DNA of 64,000 nt from Eledone cirrhosa (lineage: Eukaryota): assembly GCA_964016885.1 (NCBI GenBank), contig OZ024741.1:316572001-316636000 (forward strand). The letters are read 5' to 3'. Positions 24,445 through 36,535 of this stretch are shown piece by piece. The notes under the pieces are model-generated. The model searched no databases, was not told the origin of the DNA, and worked only from the letters and a program-made list of their open reading frames with translations. How positions within the stretch are numbered: the stretch's first letter is position 1; every line of letters begins with the position of its first letter. The translations under genes and the position numbers were made by a program.

Positions 24445-24676
24445 GCAGTTAAGACCAGCAAACAGTATAAACAATGGTAACACCAACAGTTTCCTTGGTT
24501 TGATTTCCATAATGGAAGAAATTATTCAATCTAGGATTGATTCAAGACTAAACAATAACAGCAATAATATACAAACAAACAGTTGTCTCGCTGTGAATAG
24601 TAGTTGTGGTGGTGGTGGTGGTGGTGGTGGTGGTGGTGGGTCGAACGGGATGAAATTAACAGCTTACTTATGCGAA
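24445..24676 (+). CDS. Candidate internal coding exon of an unidentified host gene
   Basis: ttcag| acceptor; open frame QLRPANSINNGNTNSFLGLISIMEEIIQSRIDSRLNNN...GGGSNGMKLTAYLCE; |gtatgt donor. No recognised homology. Confidence 0.3.
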
Positions 24677-25035
24677 GTATGTATGGTATATCTATAAAAA
24701 TAACTTTGAACATCATCACACCCAGCTAGCATACGTGCAATAGAGCTGCTGGATCATGGCTGACCTAGGGGTTCTACAAAAACTGGGAGTCTCCTCTCTC
24801 TCGCTCTCTCTCTCTCCCCGTCTCTCTCTCTATATATATATGATTCCTCTCTCAACTCGGTGAGTTGGAACAGGTGAGAGAGTAAGACAGTATAGGCTTT
24901 GTATGACCACGGATGTGCGACTAATGTAAGTGTGCATGCGTTATGTTAGGCAGTATGTATATGAGCGGGTATGTATATATATATGTGTGTGTGTGAGTGT
25001 GTGGTTATGTGTGTGTGTGCATGTGTGTGCATGCA

Positions 25036-25146
<111 letters not shown>

Positions 25147-25543
25147 GATATCCATACATATGAAATGTATGAAGCTGTATGTGTATGTGTGTGCTTGAGT
25201 GTGTGTTTGGGTGAGAGTGCATGTGAGTGAATATCTATATGCGCGTGTGTGTGAGAGCAGTTGTGGAGTTGTGAAGGGGGCGCCAAGATCCAGTAAGCGA
25301 AAAAAAGAGAAAAAAAATGAAAGCGAAAGAGAGAGGGCAAGAGAGGAGAGAGAGAGAGACAGACAGACAGGGTTGTGTAATAGAGGGAGAAAACCAACAA
25401 TAAAACAAGCAAAATAAAGCAGAACATTAAGACAAAACAATAAAACAAAAAAATAAACGAGGATTAAAAATTGGGGTTACACACACACGCACACGCACAC
25501 ACACACAAACACACACTTACAGACACACACACAAACACACAGA

Positions 25544-25594
<51 letters not shown>

Positions 25595-25669
25595 GTGTGT
25601 GTGTATGTATATATATATTTATATATATATATATATATGTGTGTGTGTATGTATATATATATATATATA

Positions 25670-25748
<79 letters not shown>

Positions 25749-25761
25749 ATATGTGTGTGTG

Positions 25762-25864
<103 letters not shown>

Positions 25865-26204
25865 ATATGTGTGTGTGTATGTATATATATATATATATAT
25901 ATATGACATACATGAAACGTGAAAGTTGTTCAGGGCGTGGAAATGTGTGGAAATAGGATATGTGAAGAATGGTGGTGGTGGTGGTGGCTGCTACTGCTGT
26001 TGTTGTTGTGGTGGTAGCTATGGTGAGGTATGGCGGTGGCGATGTGGTAATGTTGAATTCATATTAATGTTGATGGAGATAATATTGTTGGTGATGTAAA
26101 CGACGGTGTTGGTGGTTGTGTTGTAAAGATGTTGTTGATGATGATAGTGGTGGTGGTGGTGGTGGTGGTGGTGGTGGTGGCAATCGTCATGATATTGTGG
26201 GTGT

Positions 26205-26610
26205 AGAAATGAACAGTAGTCAACATAGTGGTTATATTTACTTTGAGGCCGAAAGTACTAAAAGAATTAATGGTGTTCTTCCTTAATTCATCGAAATCGT
26301 TTTTATTACAACTAATCCATCGTTTCAGAAACGGCGAATGTCTACTGAATTTACTTTTAGAAACCACCTTTCAGATTAATGATCCTTCATGATCACATAT
26401 ATCTACATTGTCATATGATCCTATACTGAGGTTAGAGAAACCTGTTTGGTTAAAGTTGTTTTCTTTTTTACCCAGACAGAGGTTTCGTTGAAAAGTAGGG
26501 CTTTTCTAGTGAGTATTATTATTTCTATCTTACTATCATCTCTCGAACTGTAGTTCGTATGTAATTCGTGTGCATTACACATTAGAGATTTAGATATCAG
26601 AATCAAAATC
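26205..26610 (-). mobile_element. Penelope-like RT remnant
   Basis: IIILTRKALLFN..WVKK...GSYD..ICD..G and DELRKNTINSFSTFGLKVNIT..VHF match PLE RT motifs. Confidence 0.75.
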
Positions 26611-26649
26611 CAATCAAAATCCAGGGCCTTCTCACTCCTGTTGGAGAAA

Positions 26650-27625
26650 CCCCTCCCAGGTTGACCTCCACCGTTTCCTATTTATCTATACTTTGGCCAC
26701 CCTCTAGTTCTTCTCCACTGCCTTGGTGTCCACTCTATCACTCTAATAGTCCACCTGTTATCTCTGAAACGCGTGACTTTGCCAGCCCATCTATGTTTGC
26801 CCTTCTTGATGGTTTCGATTATGTTCGTCACTCGAGTCTGCTGTAGAATCCAAGTGTTGTTCTTCCTGTCACATAAAGTGATACCGAGCATGATTCGCTC
26901 CATTGTACGTTGGGCCACTTCAAGTGTCTCTGCAGAAGAGGTGTTGAGTGCCCACGTCTCACTTCCATAATTTATCACCAGCAAAATATATTCGTTAAAC
27001 AGTATTTCGTTTGGTTTGGATTGTTGGCTTGGTACTTGTAATGATGCTATAAACTTTTCCAAAAGCCGCCCACACAAGCATAATCCTTCTTTTGACCTCC
27101 GGAACTAAAATACCATATCTTGCAACCTTCTTTCCGGGGTACACATAACTGTCTACTCCCTCGATGATCTTTCTATCCACAATAACTGGTGATGGTTTAG
27201 CGTGGCTGTTAAACATGACTTTGGTTTTCACAAGATGGATGTTAAAGCCTACTGGCTGGCTCACATTGTGGATAAAATTTAGCACCTCTTCCTATTCTTG
27301 TGGTGCATGGACTATTAGGAGGATGTCATCTGCGAGGGCTTGGGAGCATAGGAGTTCACCATCTATGTTGATACCCTTGTTCTCACAGTTGACTTTCTTG
27401 ATGATGGCATCTTGTAAACAAGATGTAAACATTCTCGAGGAAATGTTGTCTCCTTGTCTAGCTCCTCTTTCTAACTTGATCTTGCCGCTATCTTTGTGTA
27501 ATCTGAGAATGGATGTAGTGTCATTGTAAAGATCCTTTAGTAGTATGATGTAAACAGGGTTCACTCTTTTGTTCTCCAGTGCAGTGAATAGTGGGTGAAC
27601 TCGATAGAGTCAAATGCTTTTCATA
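26650..27625 (-). mobile_element. RTE-clade LINE, 3' part
   Basis: GARQGDNISS..LADDILL; DSYVYPG; YGSETWAL; KHRWAGKVTRFRDNRWT..WTPR..RTRGWPK. Confidence 0.9.
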
Positions 27626-27939
27626 GTCGAGGAGGGTTTTAGATATAAAGTGGTAAAATTCAGCAGTGACGAATTGAGTATATCTATATTGAAGCATCGT
27701 TAGAATAATTTTTCTGGTGTAGGTTAATAGCTTCCTTGTTATTATTGAGATTATTTAACATCTTCTTATTAATTCATCCAACCTCTGGTTTAGCTGGATT
27801 AATTAACCTACATTCATGGTTAGATATATAGTTCTCTCTCTCGACCTCAATTTTTGTGACTTTTACACGAGGTTTCTAGTCTGTTGTCTGGGTCTGGGTA
27901 CTTTGTTGTCTTTCGTTTCCATATTTTCATTACATAACA

Positions 27940-28511
27940 CACACAAACCCACACTAAAACACACACACATGTACGCACAGACACGCACGCGCACATACAT
28001 GCACACACATATGCGCACACACACACACGCATGCACACACACGCACACACATGCACACACATACACACATACACACATGCACACGCACGCGCACGCACAC
28101 ACATACACACATGCACACACACGCGCACACACACACACACACACACGCACGCACGCACACACATGCACACACACATGCACACACATACACACATACACAC
28201 ATGCACACACACACACACACGCACGCGCACAGATACACACACACATGCACACACACACGCGCGCACACACACACGCACGCACACACGCACACACACACAT
28301 ACACGGACACACGCATACACATGCACACACACACACATGCACACACACACACATGCGCACATACACACACGCACACACACATACACACACGCACACACAC
28401 ACACACACACGCGCGCGCACGCACACAAACACACGCACAGATACACACGCACGCACACATACACGTGCATACACACACATACGCAGACACACACAAACAC
28501 ACACACACACG

Positions 28512-28567
<56 letters not shown>
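27940..28567. repeat. Compound (CA/CG/TA)n microsatellite
   Basis: Direct inspection. Confidence 0.95.
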
Positions 28568-28569
<2 letters not shown>

Positions 28570-29110
28570 GGAATATTGGTGGAACGTTCTTCTCTTGTAA
28601 AGAGAGGATAACCCTAGACGCTTTCCTGGTAGCAGTTGTGGAGGGGGACATTTTATGACAAAATCGGTGGATGGACTGCCACAATACTTTTTTTATTTGC
28701 TGATCTAAAGTCTGATTCCAGCGTAACCCCAAAGAACTCTCATATCTAAACTTTGGGTGTCTTTACTTTCTCTACTGGGATTTGTCGCGCCTGCTTTTAT
28801 CGCAAGTACAAGAAGGAGGACTTATTTCCAAACTTTGGGAGCCTCCCTCTTTGCTTGCATGGCATCTTTAATCTTCTGATTGAACCAAGGAGTTTACAAC
28901 CAACCGCCGCCAAACCAAGTCGCTTTCGCTCGCAGCATTTAAAAGCTGGAGCAGAAACTACAGAGTTAAATAGGCTTCATCCCGTTTCAACATCCCCAGT
29001 TTGCTCAGGGAGTTCTCTGAATTTGGATGCACTTCCGTATCAGTCAATGCTTCCCACTTTGTCGTTTAGGTCGGACTGGACCTGTCACATTTGTGGGTTT
29101 TCCTGTCTCT
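28570..29110 (-). mobile_element. RTE (Expander-like) LINE, endonuclease-RT linker fragment
   Basis: TPWFNQKIKDAMQAKREA and LESDFRSANKK resemble the RTE linker. DNA similarity to about 13770-13810. Confidence 0.6.
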
Positions 29111-29149
29111 AGGTAGTCTCAAACTGCAGATAACTAGATGATGATCAGT

Positions 29150-29975
29150 TGACAGCTCAGCCTCTCTCTCTTAATACGAACATCCAGCACAGACTCACAT
29201 CACAGAGATCAGAGACAAAATCAGTACCAACATGCGCATTGGGGGTCTCCCATTAGGATATATGTCTCAGCCTCAACTACAAATAACAAAATCAATTACT
29301 GATCTCTGTCCCTGATTCCCTTATACCATGTATATTTATGGGCGACTCCATGCTGGAAGATGTTTATAATAAGGCCTCTCCTTTCCTATTTTGATAGTCA
29401 GTACCAACATGCGCATTGGGGGTCTCCCATTAGGATATATGTCTCAGCCTCAACTACATCTAACACTGTAGTGACTTTATCAAGGAAGGAACTGTATTCA
29501 GACTGTTTGGCGCATAATCTTGCACCACCCACAGATACCTATTTGTAGATCCTAAAAATAAAATGTGCCACCAGATTAAAACATAGCATGTCTGATATTA
29601 TTGTTTGACACCACAGAATGAAAATATGCTCTGTTGTAGAAGTCAGCTGCTCATTCGATGCCAACGTAGTAAGAAAAATTCAAGAGAAGGAGGTCATCTA
29701 CGGATCATTGATGAGAAGTTTGTACCCAAGATACATGTTCAATTTCATAGCTGCTGGAGATATACCAGCCTGTCTGAATCAAAGGATAAATGAACTTGGA
29801 TTTGTGTAGAAAGTACGCAGTTTCTTAATCCATAAACTAAAATGGTGACCATATCTGGAACCTGCAAAACATGTAAAACATTCTCACGATTGCACAAAGG
29901 ACGGTAAAAAAAATCCCTTTTTTTACAGCCTTGCCACCGGGAAACTCAAAATTAAGAGAAAGAGACAAACATGTA
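29150..29975 (+). mobile_element. RLE-type non-LTR retrotransposon 3' remnant
   Basis: KH..SDIIV*..KICSVVEVSCSFDANVVRKIQEKEVIYGSL..LYP..ELGF is a PD-(D/E)xK-like RLE. Includes a 61-bp direct duplication (29221-29281 / 29398-29458). Confidence 0.75.
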
Positions 29976-30422
29976 TACATAAATACGCACGCAATCTCTC
30001 ACACACACGTTTGTGTGTTTATGTGTGTATGTATGAGGGGGGGGGGGTGTATGTGTGTGCGTGTTCGAAGAAATAGCATAGACTGAATATGACAAGTGGG
30101 TAAAAAAAATAAAGTCTACCGAGTCTACCACTTCAATTTCAAGATCGAACCTCCCTTTAGGAGAATTCATGCAAAGAGAAGTAAACTAGGGAGAGAACAC
30201 TTATATCACGAACTGTGCCGGGTCTAGTGGAACAATTTTAAACAATGCGGTGAAAAAGGACCTCGTTTATAAGCTAGCTCGGTGAAGATTTCGGACATGC
30301 TTCGATCTCCATAACGAAAAATAGGCACTTAGTAAGTTTGCTAGAGTAAAACACTGGTTATACACACACACCCACACACGCACGTACAAACACACACATG
30401 TACGCATGCGCGCGCGCGCGCG

Positions 30423-30459
<37 letters not shown>

Positions 30460-30796
30460 TAGACTATTTTACATTGTATATAACGTGCGTTAAAACCGAT
30501 AACTATCCGTTGACTTAATATTCAACATTCGTGACTTGCTCAACGGTTCTGAAAATAGATTGTTTATATGTATATGTATATATATATATATACACACATA
30601 TGAACACATATTTATATATATATATATATATATGTGAGCACATATTTTTAATATATGTATGTACGTACGTATATGTATGTTAGGTAGGTAGATGCATTTT
30701 ATGTAGGTATATATTTTAGTGTATGAAGTCTCACACAAAATCCCAACTATAAATAAATAACACGAAAAACAAAGAGAGAATATATTGTATAAAGAA

Positions 30797-30986
30797 ATAA
30801 TTGTTTCTACTTTAGGCACAAGGCTAGCAATTACCCAGTGCATTACTGGTACTTTATTTTATCGACCCCGTAAGGATGAAAGGCAAAGTCAACCTCGGCG
30901 AGATTTGAACTCAGATCGTAAAGGGACGTAACTGTGCTGCAAAGCATGGCGTCCGACCCTCTACCGATACTGCCAATCTACCGCCA
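30797..30986 (-). mobile_element. SINE family A (full length, probable TSD attgtataaagaaataat)
   Basis: Core match. The flanking sequence attgtataaagaaataat occurs on both sides. Confidence 0.85.
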
Positions 30987-31389
30987 TTGTATAAAGAAAT
31001 AATAGTTTTTGAAAGTAAATATAATCTTTTGAATATAGTCTCCCATTGTTGTGTTCCAATTGTTTTCGCCGGTTCACGCCGTCTATGAGAGGCAGATGTG
31101 AAAAAGTTGTCTTGTTTTCTCTAATGACGTTTGCAAAGACTTTAGTTTCTCGCAAATGTATCATAATGACGCCCCTTTATATTGCTTTTCAACTGATATA
31201 AGAGAATGATGTCGTATGGTACTAGGTCAGGCCTAGATGGTGCTTGTAAGTTATTTGTGAATTGATTTTGACGAATGGATTCAGTGCAGATATACTAATA
31301 ATTGCTTTAGGCTGGACCACACTGGGCAGTTTGCTAACGAAAGAGTCAACCCAGCTTACCATAAAATTCCAAAATAATCATATAATATA

Positions 31390-31600
31390 AAATAATTATG
31401 TAAACATAAAGTAATAATTAATGAACATAAAGTAATTATTATTGAACCTAATGCAATCATTATTTAACCACAAAATAGTGATTATATAACCTAAAGTAAT
31501 AATTATTTATTCTAAATAATTATTTAAGCTAAAGTAATAATTATTTAAGCTAAGGTTATAATTATTTAATATAAAGTATTAATTATATAACCTTAAGTAT
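31390..31600. repeat. AT-rich 21-bp tandem repeat (about 10 copies, TAATTATTTAACCTAAAGTAA-like)
   Basis: Periodic recurrence visible by eye. Confidence 0.75.
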
Positions 31601-31945
31601 TGTTTGTATCTTACTTCGTTGTATTTTATTTAATCTTTGAACACTGAGTAATTATAGCTTAAGTTTTTGTTAAAACAAAACCTCTTTAAAAGAAGAACGG
31701 TCAGGGAAGGAGAGAGAGGGGGAGAGAGAAAGAGAAAGAAAGAAAGAGAGAGATAAAGTGAGAGAGAGTGAAAGAGAGAGAGAGGGAGAGATAGAGAGTG
31801 GAAACAGAGAATGAGAGTGATAGAGTATATATATGTTAAGATAGAGAATTAAGAATGGGATAACAGTGGAGAAAGTAAAGGTGAAAAACAAAAGAACGAG
31901 CAATGGATCGTATAGCATATGATGAGAGATGGAAAAGAGATGGAG

Positions 31946-32014
<69 letters not shown>

Positions 32015-32904
32015 ACAGTGGGAATGAAAGTGATAGAGCATACAAGTTTACATAGAATTAAGAATGGGATAGCAGTGGGGAAAATATAGTTGAATTATAG
32101 TGCCGCATGATTTCACGAGGCTTCAGGAAGTCTCGTTTATTTAAGGCTAGCCTGCGCAACAGAATCATAACTTTTGTTAATGTGACGCGTGCAGACAGAA
32201 AATAGAACAAGAGAGCTATAGAAACTCGTCCTCTCTGTGCCACGAGAGGCAGTTTCGTATTCTGACACATTTCCTGTGCATCTATGTGGTTAAAACCATC
32301 TTTCCACCATATCACACAGTCTCATGTTCCTGTGTTTCTAATGAAGTACATATGTTCATTTAATTATTACTTGATAACTAAGATACTAACTAAGATTATG
32401 ATGGAATTTTTTAAATTTAAATAGGACCCCTATAAAATGTGCAATTTCATAGAACCAGAGCTGGTTTTGTCCTCACCGGTATCAAAAGTGTAGGTTTAAT
32501 TTAAAAGAAAGGAGAAAGAAAAGAAAAGACGGAGCCTTACATCCTCCGTTTAACAGCATATATTAGCAGCTTTCCACTCTCAAGATGGCGAAGGTGTTGC
32601 CGTGAAGGACAGTCAGCAATTTCTATTGCACTATCCATTCTACTTCATTGGCTTCTTTTCTTGGGTGTGATAACCTCATCCCGATTTTGCAGAGGAAGAC
32701 ATCAGTCTGGGGAACTAGCATACTGGGGGTCTGGATGGCAACCAGCACTTAATGAAGGGGGAAGGTTAGAAATCACGTCACGTCTTAAAACAAAAGAAAA
32801 AAAGGAAACCAAAAAACTATTTGTACTTAGTATCATTTACATAGAAAGTGTAGCACATTTAAGAACACCATTCAATTGATTTTAAACTATCGAGAAGAAT
32901 GTTA

Positions 32905-33257
32905 CCGTATTTGCTGGCCTATTTGGACCCGCACCCCATGAAAAAAATCAGACAAAAACACATATAAAAATCCATCCCTGCATTCAATATGAGAGGCCGA
33001 ACGAAGGGTGAGGAAAATCATGGTTTAAAAAAATCTAGTTTGTATTATATTACTATTACAAATGCAGTAATACAATACAATTTATATAAGCAAAATGATG
33101 CCGAACTTATATGAGAGTTTCTGAGAAAATAGTGAAATAACTTTTGATAAATTTATGAAGAAATGAACTAAAATTTTATTTTTCTCAAAATTGTAATTCT
33201 CCTTGTAAAACCAGAAGGTGTCTTATATAGGGGCGTCCAATAGGCCAGCAAATAAGG
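32905..33257. mobile_element. pogo/Tigger-type MITE
   Basis: TA|ccgtatttgctggcctatt ... aataggccagcaaataagg|TA. Confidence 0.85.
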
Positions 33258-33274
33258 TAAACGCACACACACAA

Positions 33275-33350
33275 AACTCAAATCCTGTCGAAGTCAACTG
33301 AGCTTTTCATCCTTTCGGGGTCCATAAAGTACCAGCTCAGTCCTGAGGTT
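33275..33350 (+). mobile_element. SINE family A fragment with (CT)n tail
   Basis: ttttcatcctttcggggtccataaagtaccag core. Confidence 0.6.
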
Positions 33351-33440
<90 letters not shown>

Positions 33441-33616
33441 TCTCTCAGCCTCTCCCTCTCCTCTCTTTCCTCGTGATGTTTTCGTTGCAATCTTTGCAAT
33501 GCGATCTCCTCACTAACACAATTCCACGGCAACTGAATGACTTGCATTTTTTATATGGCACTTCTGAGGGAAGGGACAATAAATTTGATCTTCACATATC
33601 CTCAGACAAAGAAGAT

Positions 33617-34000
33617 ATTGATGCCTGGAGGAAGGAGCAGCGCCCATGGCCTTCACCACTCCTCACAGGCCGGGGAGATTAATACCTGGAGGAAGGCGCA
33701 GTGTTCATGGCCTTCATAGTTCCTCACAGGCAGGGAGGATTGATGTCCTGCTTAAACTATTCCATGTCAATTATTTTGTGAAAATACTTGAGCGGGGAGA
33801 GAGTTCCAACGAGGCGACGTTCTGGTCATGAAGGACTGGGTGTAGTGGTTATTGAAGGGGTTGGGGAAAGGTTGTAGTGGATTAAACATGGGTTATGAGA
33901 GCTGAGTGAACTGGGAGTTCCCATGGTGGATGTGGCATGAGACTAGCAAGTTCAGATGTGCAGAGACTGCTGAAGTAGCACAAGGGGGAGACACCATGTT
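33617..34000 (-). mobile_element. CR1/Jockey-group LINE 3' end with tandemly duplicated ~60-bp terminal segment
   Basis: LCTSELASL..HYTQSFMTRTSPRWNSLPAQVF..FKQDIN. Repeat units at about 33617 and 33677. Confidence 0.65.
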
Positions 34001-34680
34001 TCTGGGAGTCAGTGACTTTATACCGATTCACTGTACAATAAAAAGTTTCATTCTACACAAGAAAGATTTTTTAAAGTTAAGCTTTTTAAGTCTTTTTAAA
34101 GTTAAGTCTTAATTAATTTTCTAAAAACAGACATAATCTTAATTTTTTGAGATGTTTTCATAGCTTAAACAAGTCACAGCGAAACTTAAATGTATATTTA
34201 TTAAACATAAACGTATTAGAAATACATCGTTCTTCTGGTGTAATATTTTAACAACAGGCCACAAAGCTGTCTATAGCTTAAGGCTTTCTCCAAGTCTCCT
34301 AATTATTCCATTTCCTCCTCGCCCTACTTCTATCTTCTGTCTTCTGTCGTCCTTCTCACCAGTTATTTAAATTTGGCGCGCAAAACATGTGTAAGCTGGT
34401 CGGCCAAATTAGAGCAACTACTGACGTTTTTACTGTGCTATGGTTGTTGTTGTGGTTGTGTAGTAAAGTATGTTGTGATGTGATACGTTGTTACTGTGGT
34501 TTATGTTTTTGTTCTTATGGCCTGCTACTGTTATGAGGTGGTCGGTGCGCGTGTGTATATATGTATTTATACACACACATTTACGTCCAAATATGTGTGT
34601 CTGTTACGTTTCTTTGTGGACATATGTTGATAATCTTTGTGGCCGTGTGTACATTCACACACAAACATACAAACGCACAC

Positions 34681-34725
<45 letters not shown>

Positions 34726-34737
34726 CACACACACACA

Positions 34738-34877
34738 GATGGCTGAGTGGTTAAGGATTTCGTTTTTCAATGAGTTGGCTCTGGGTTCAGTCCCGCTGTG
34801 TAGCACGTATAGCCTCGGGTTGACCGATGCTTTGTGAGTGGAATTCGGTAGGTGTTACTGTAGAAGCCCGGCGCATA
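34738..34877 (+). mobile_element. SINE family B
   Basis: A-box tggctgagtggtt, B-box gggttcagtccc, then tatagcctcggg..tgtgagtgga..agaagccc. Confidence 0.75.
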
Positions 34878-35299
34878 TGAATATATAATATAAATAATTA
34901 TATATATATGAGTATATGTATGGCTACTTATGTATATGTATGGCTACAATATCTTGTGCTTGGGGTCTTTCGGACCCAATCCTAAGGTTAGTTATCGTTT
35001 TATCCCCACAGCGAGGGTCCAGATTTATTTAGCCCACACCGATATCAAATCCATGTTTATCTGGTAATCTACTCTGGTCTGATGGGATTGTGTGGCCATC
35101 CAAAGTGATAATAAGCCCAAACCAGATGTGAAATGAAGGACCCCAAAAGCTGGTAATAGGACCAAGCCAGATGTGAAATATAAGCCCCGATGTTCATAAA
35201 GTATGTTTTTTATTTATCAGTGTTAAATACTTATGATTTATGTGTTACGAGTATATATTTGTGAAGGTTACTGGTCAACGTATTCGGCTTACGATTTTA

Positions 35300-35560
35300 A
35301 GGTGGCGTGTTTTATCCTTGTGTTAGACACTTTGTTTCACGAGGCTCCAGTCCTCCCAGCTGGAAAAAAATGGGTTGTTCCTGTAGGTCAAATGGCCAGC
35401 ATTGTAACACATTGCGTCACGCTGAATCTCCCTGAGAATTACGTTAAAGGTGCACGAGTTTGTCGATTGCTTAGCCACTTACACGTTAATTCTACGAGAA
35501 AACTATTCCGTTGGTCAAATGAGTGGAAAACTCACCGTCGAAACCGACGAAGGTCCATCA
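35300..35560 (+). mobile_element. SINE family C
   Basis: gacactttgtttcacg..ctccagtcc..cagctgg, and ctgaatctccctgagaattacgttaa. Confidence 0.75.
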
Positions 35561-35957
35561 TATCAGGGGTATATGTATATGCAGTGTACATGATGTAACC
35601 TGCATATAACAAAACAAGATAAAGGAACTAGAACTTGAGATGAGTAAGTAGCGCCTTGCCCCCTAAAATATGTAGGCCCCATGCCAATTAGCCGACCTGC
35701 AATCCACCCATCTCCACAATGGTTATAGCCGGATCGTTGTAGCAGGGCTTGCACCTCCTGCCACCCATGTAGGCACCCCATCAAACCAGGGGGCAGCTGT
35801 AACACCACCAACACCACCACCACCGGTAATAACACCACCACATCCACCGCCGCCGCTGCCGCCAACATCACTACTACCACCATCACCACTAGCATCAACA
35901 CCACCTCGCCACCACAACCTACACTACTACCACCACAACCATATATCTTTGTAGTAT

Positions 35958-35992
<35 letters not shown>

Positions 35993-36535
35993 ACAGCCAC
36001 ATATGTATGTGTGTATGTGTGTAAATATATACTGACAGATATATATGTACATACATATGTATGTGTATACGGGTTTGTGATTGTGAGTGCGTTTCTTTAA
36101 TGTAAGTATTTGTGTGTGGTGTATGAGGAAGGAGAGGGGAATGTGTGTGATTACATCGGTCTGTCAGTCTGTCAGTCTGTCTGTTGTTCACTATCCATAT
36201 ATTTCTCTATCTCTCCTCCTCAAACCCTTTCTCTCTACCTCACTCCCTTTGTCTACGTCTGTCCATCTGTCTCCCACCCATCTACCTACCCACTACTCTC
36301 TATTCATCCTTTATGTATCCTCTCCTCTCCGCCCTCCACCTCCTCTCACTCCACCACCCGACTCCCACCCCACTACCATGTCGCTCTGACTTAACCTCCC
36401 GCCAAATTTGTGCGTGACTGTTGTTTTCGTTATATGTTCACTATTTTGTCTTTTTTTGATTTTGTGCATATTTTGGCGCTAAGAATTACAACGGACAACT
36501 TTTCAGCATTGCAGGCTTTCTTTCTCTTAACATAG

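Noticed and set aside
34738-34877. tRNA gene
   Set aside because: A and B boxes are present but there is no cloverleaf; it continues into a SINE body.
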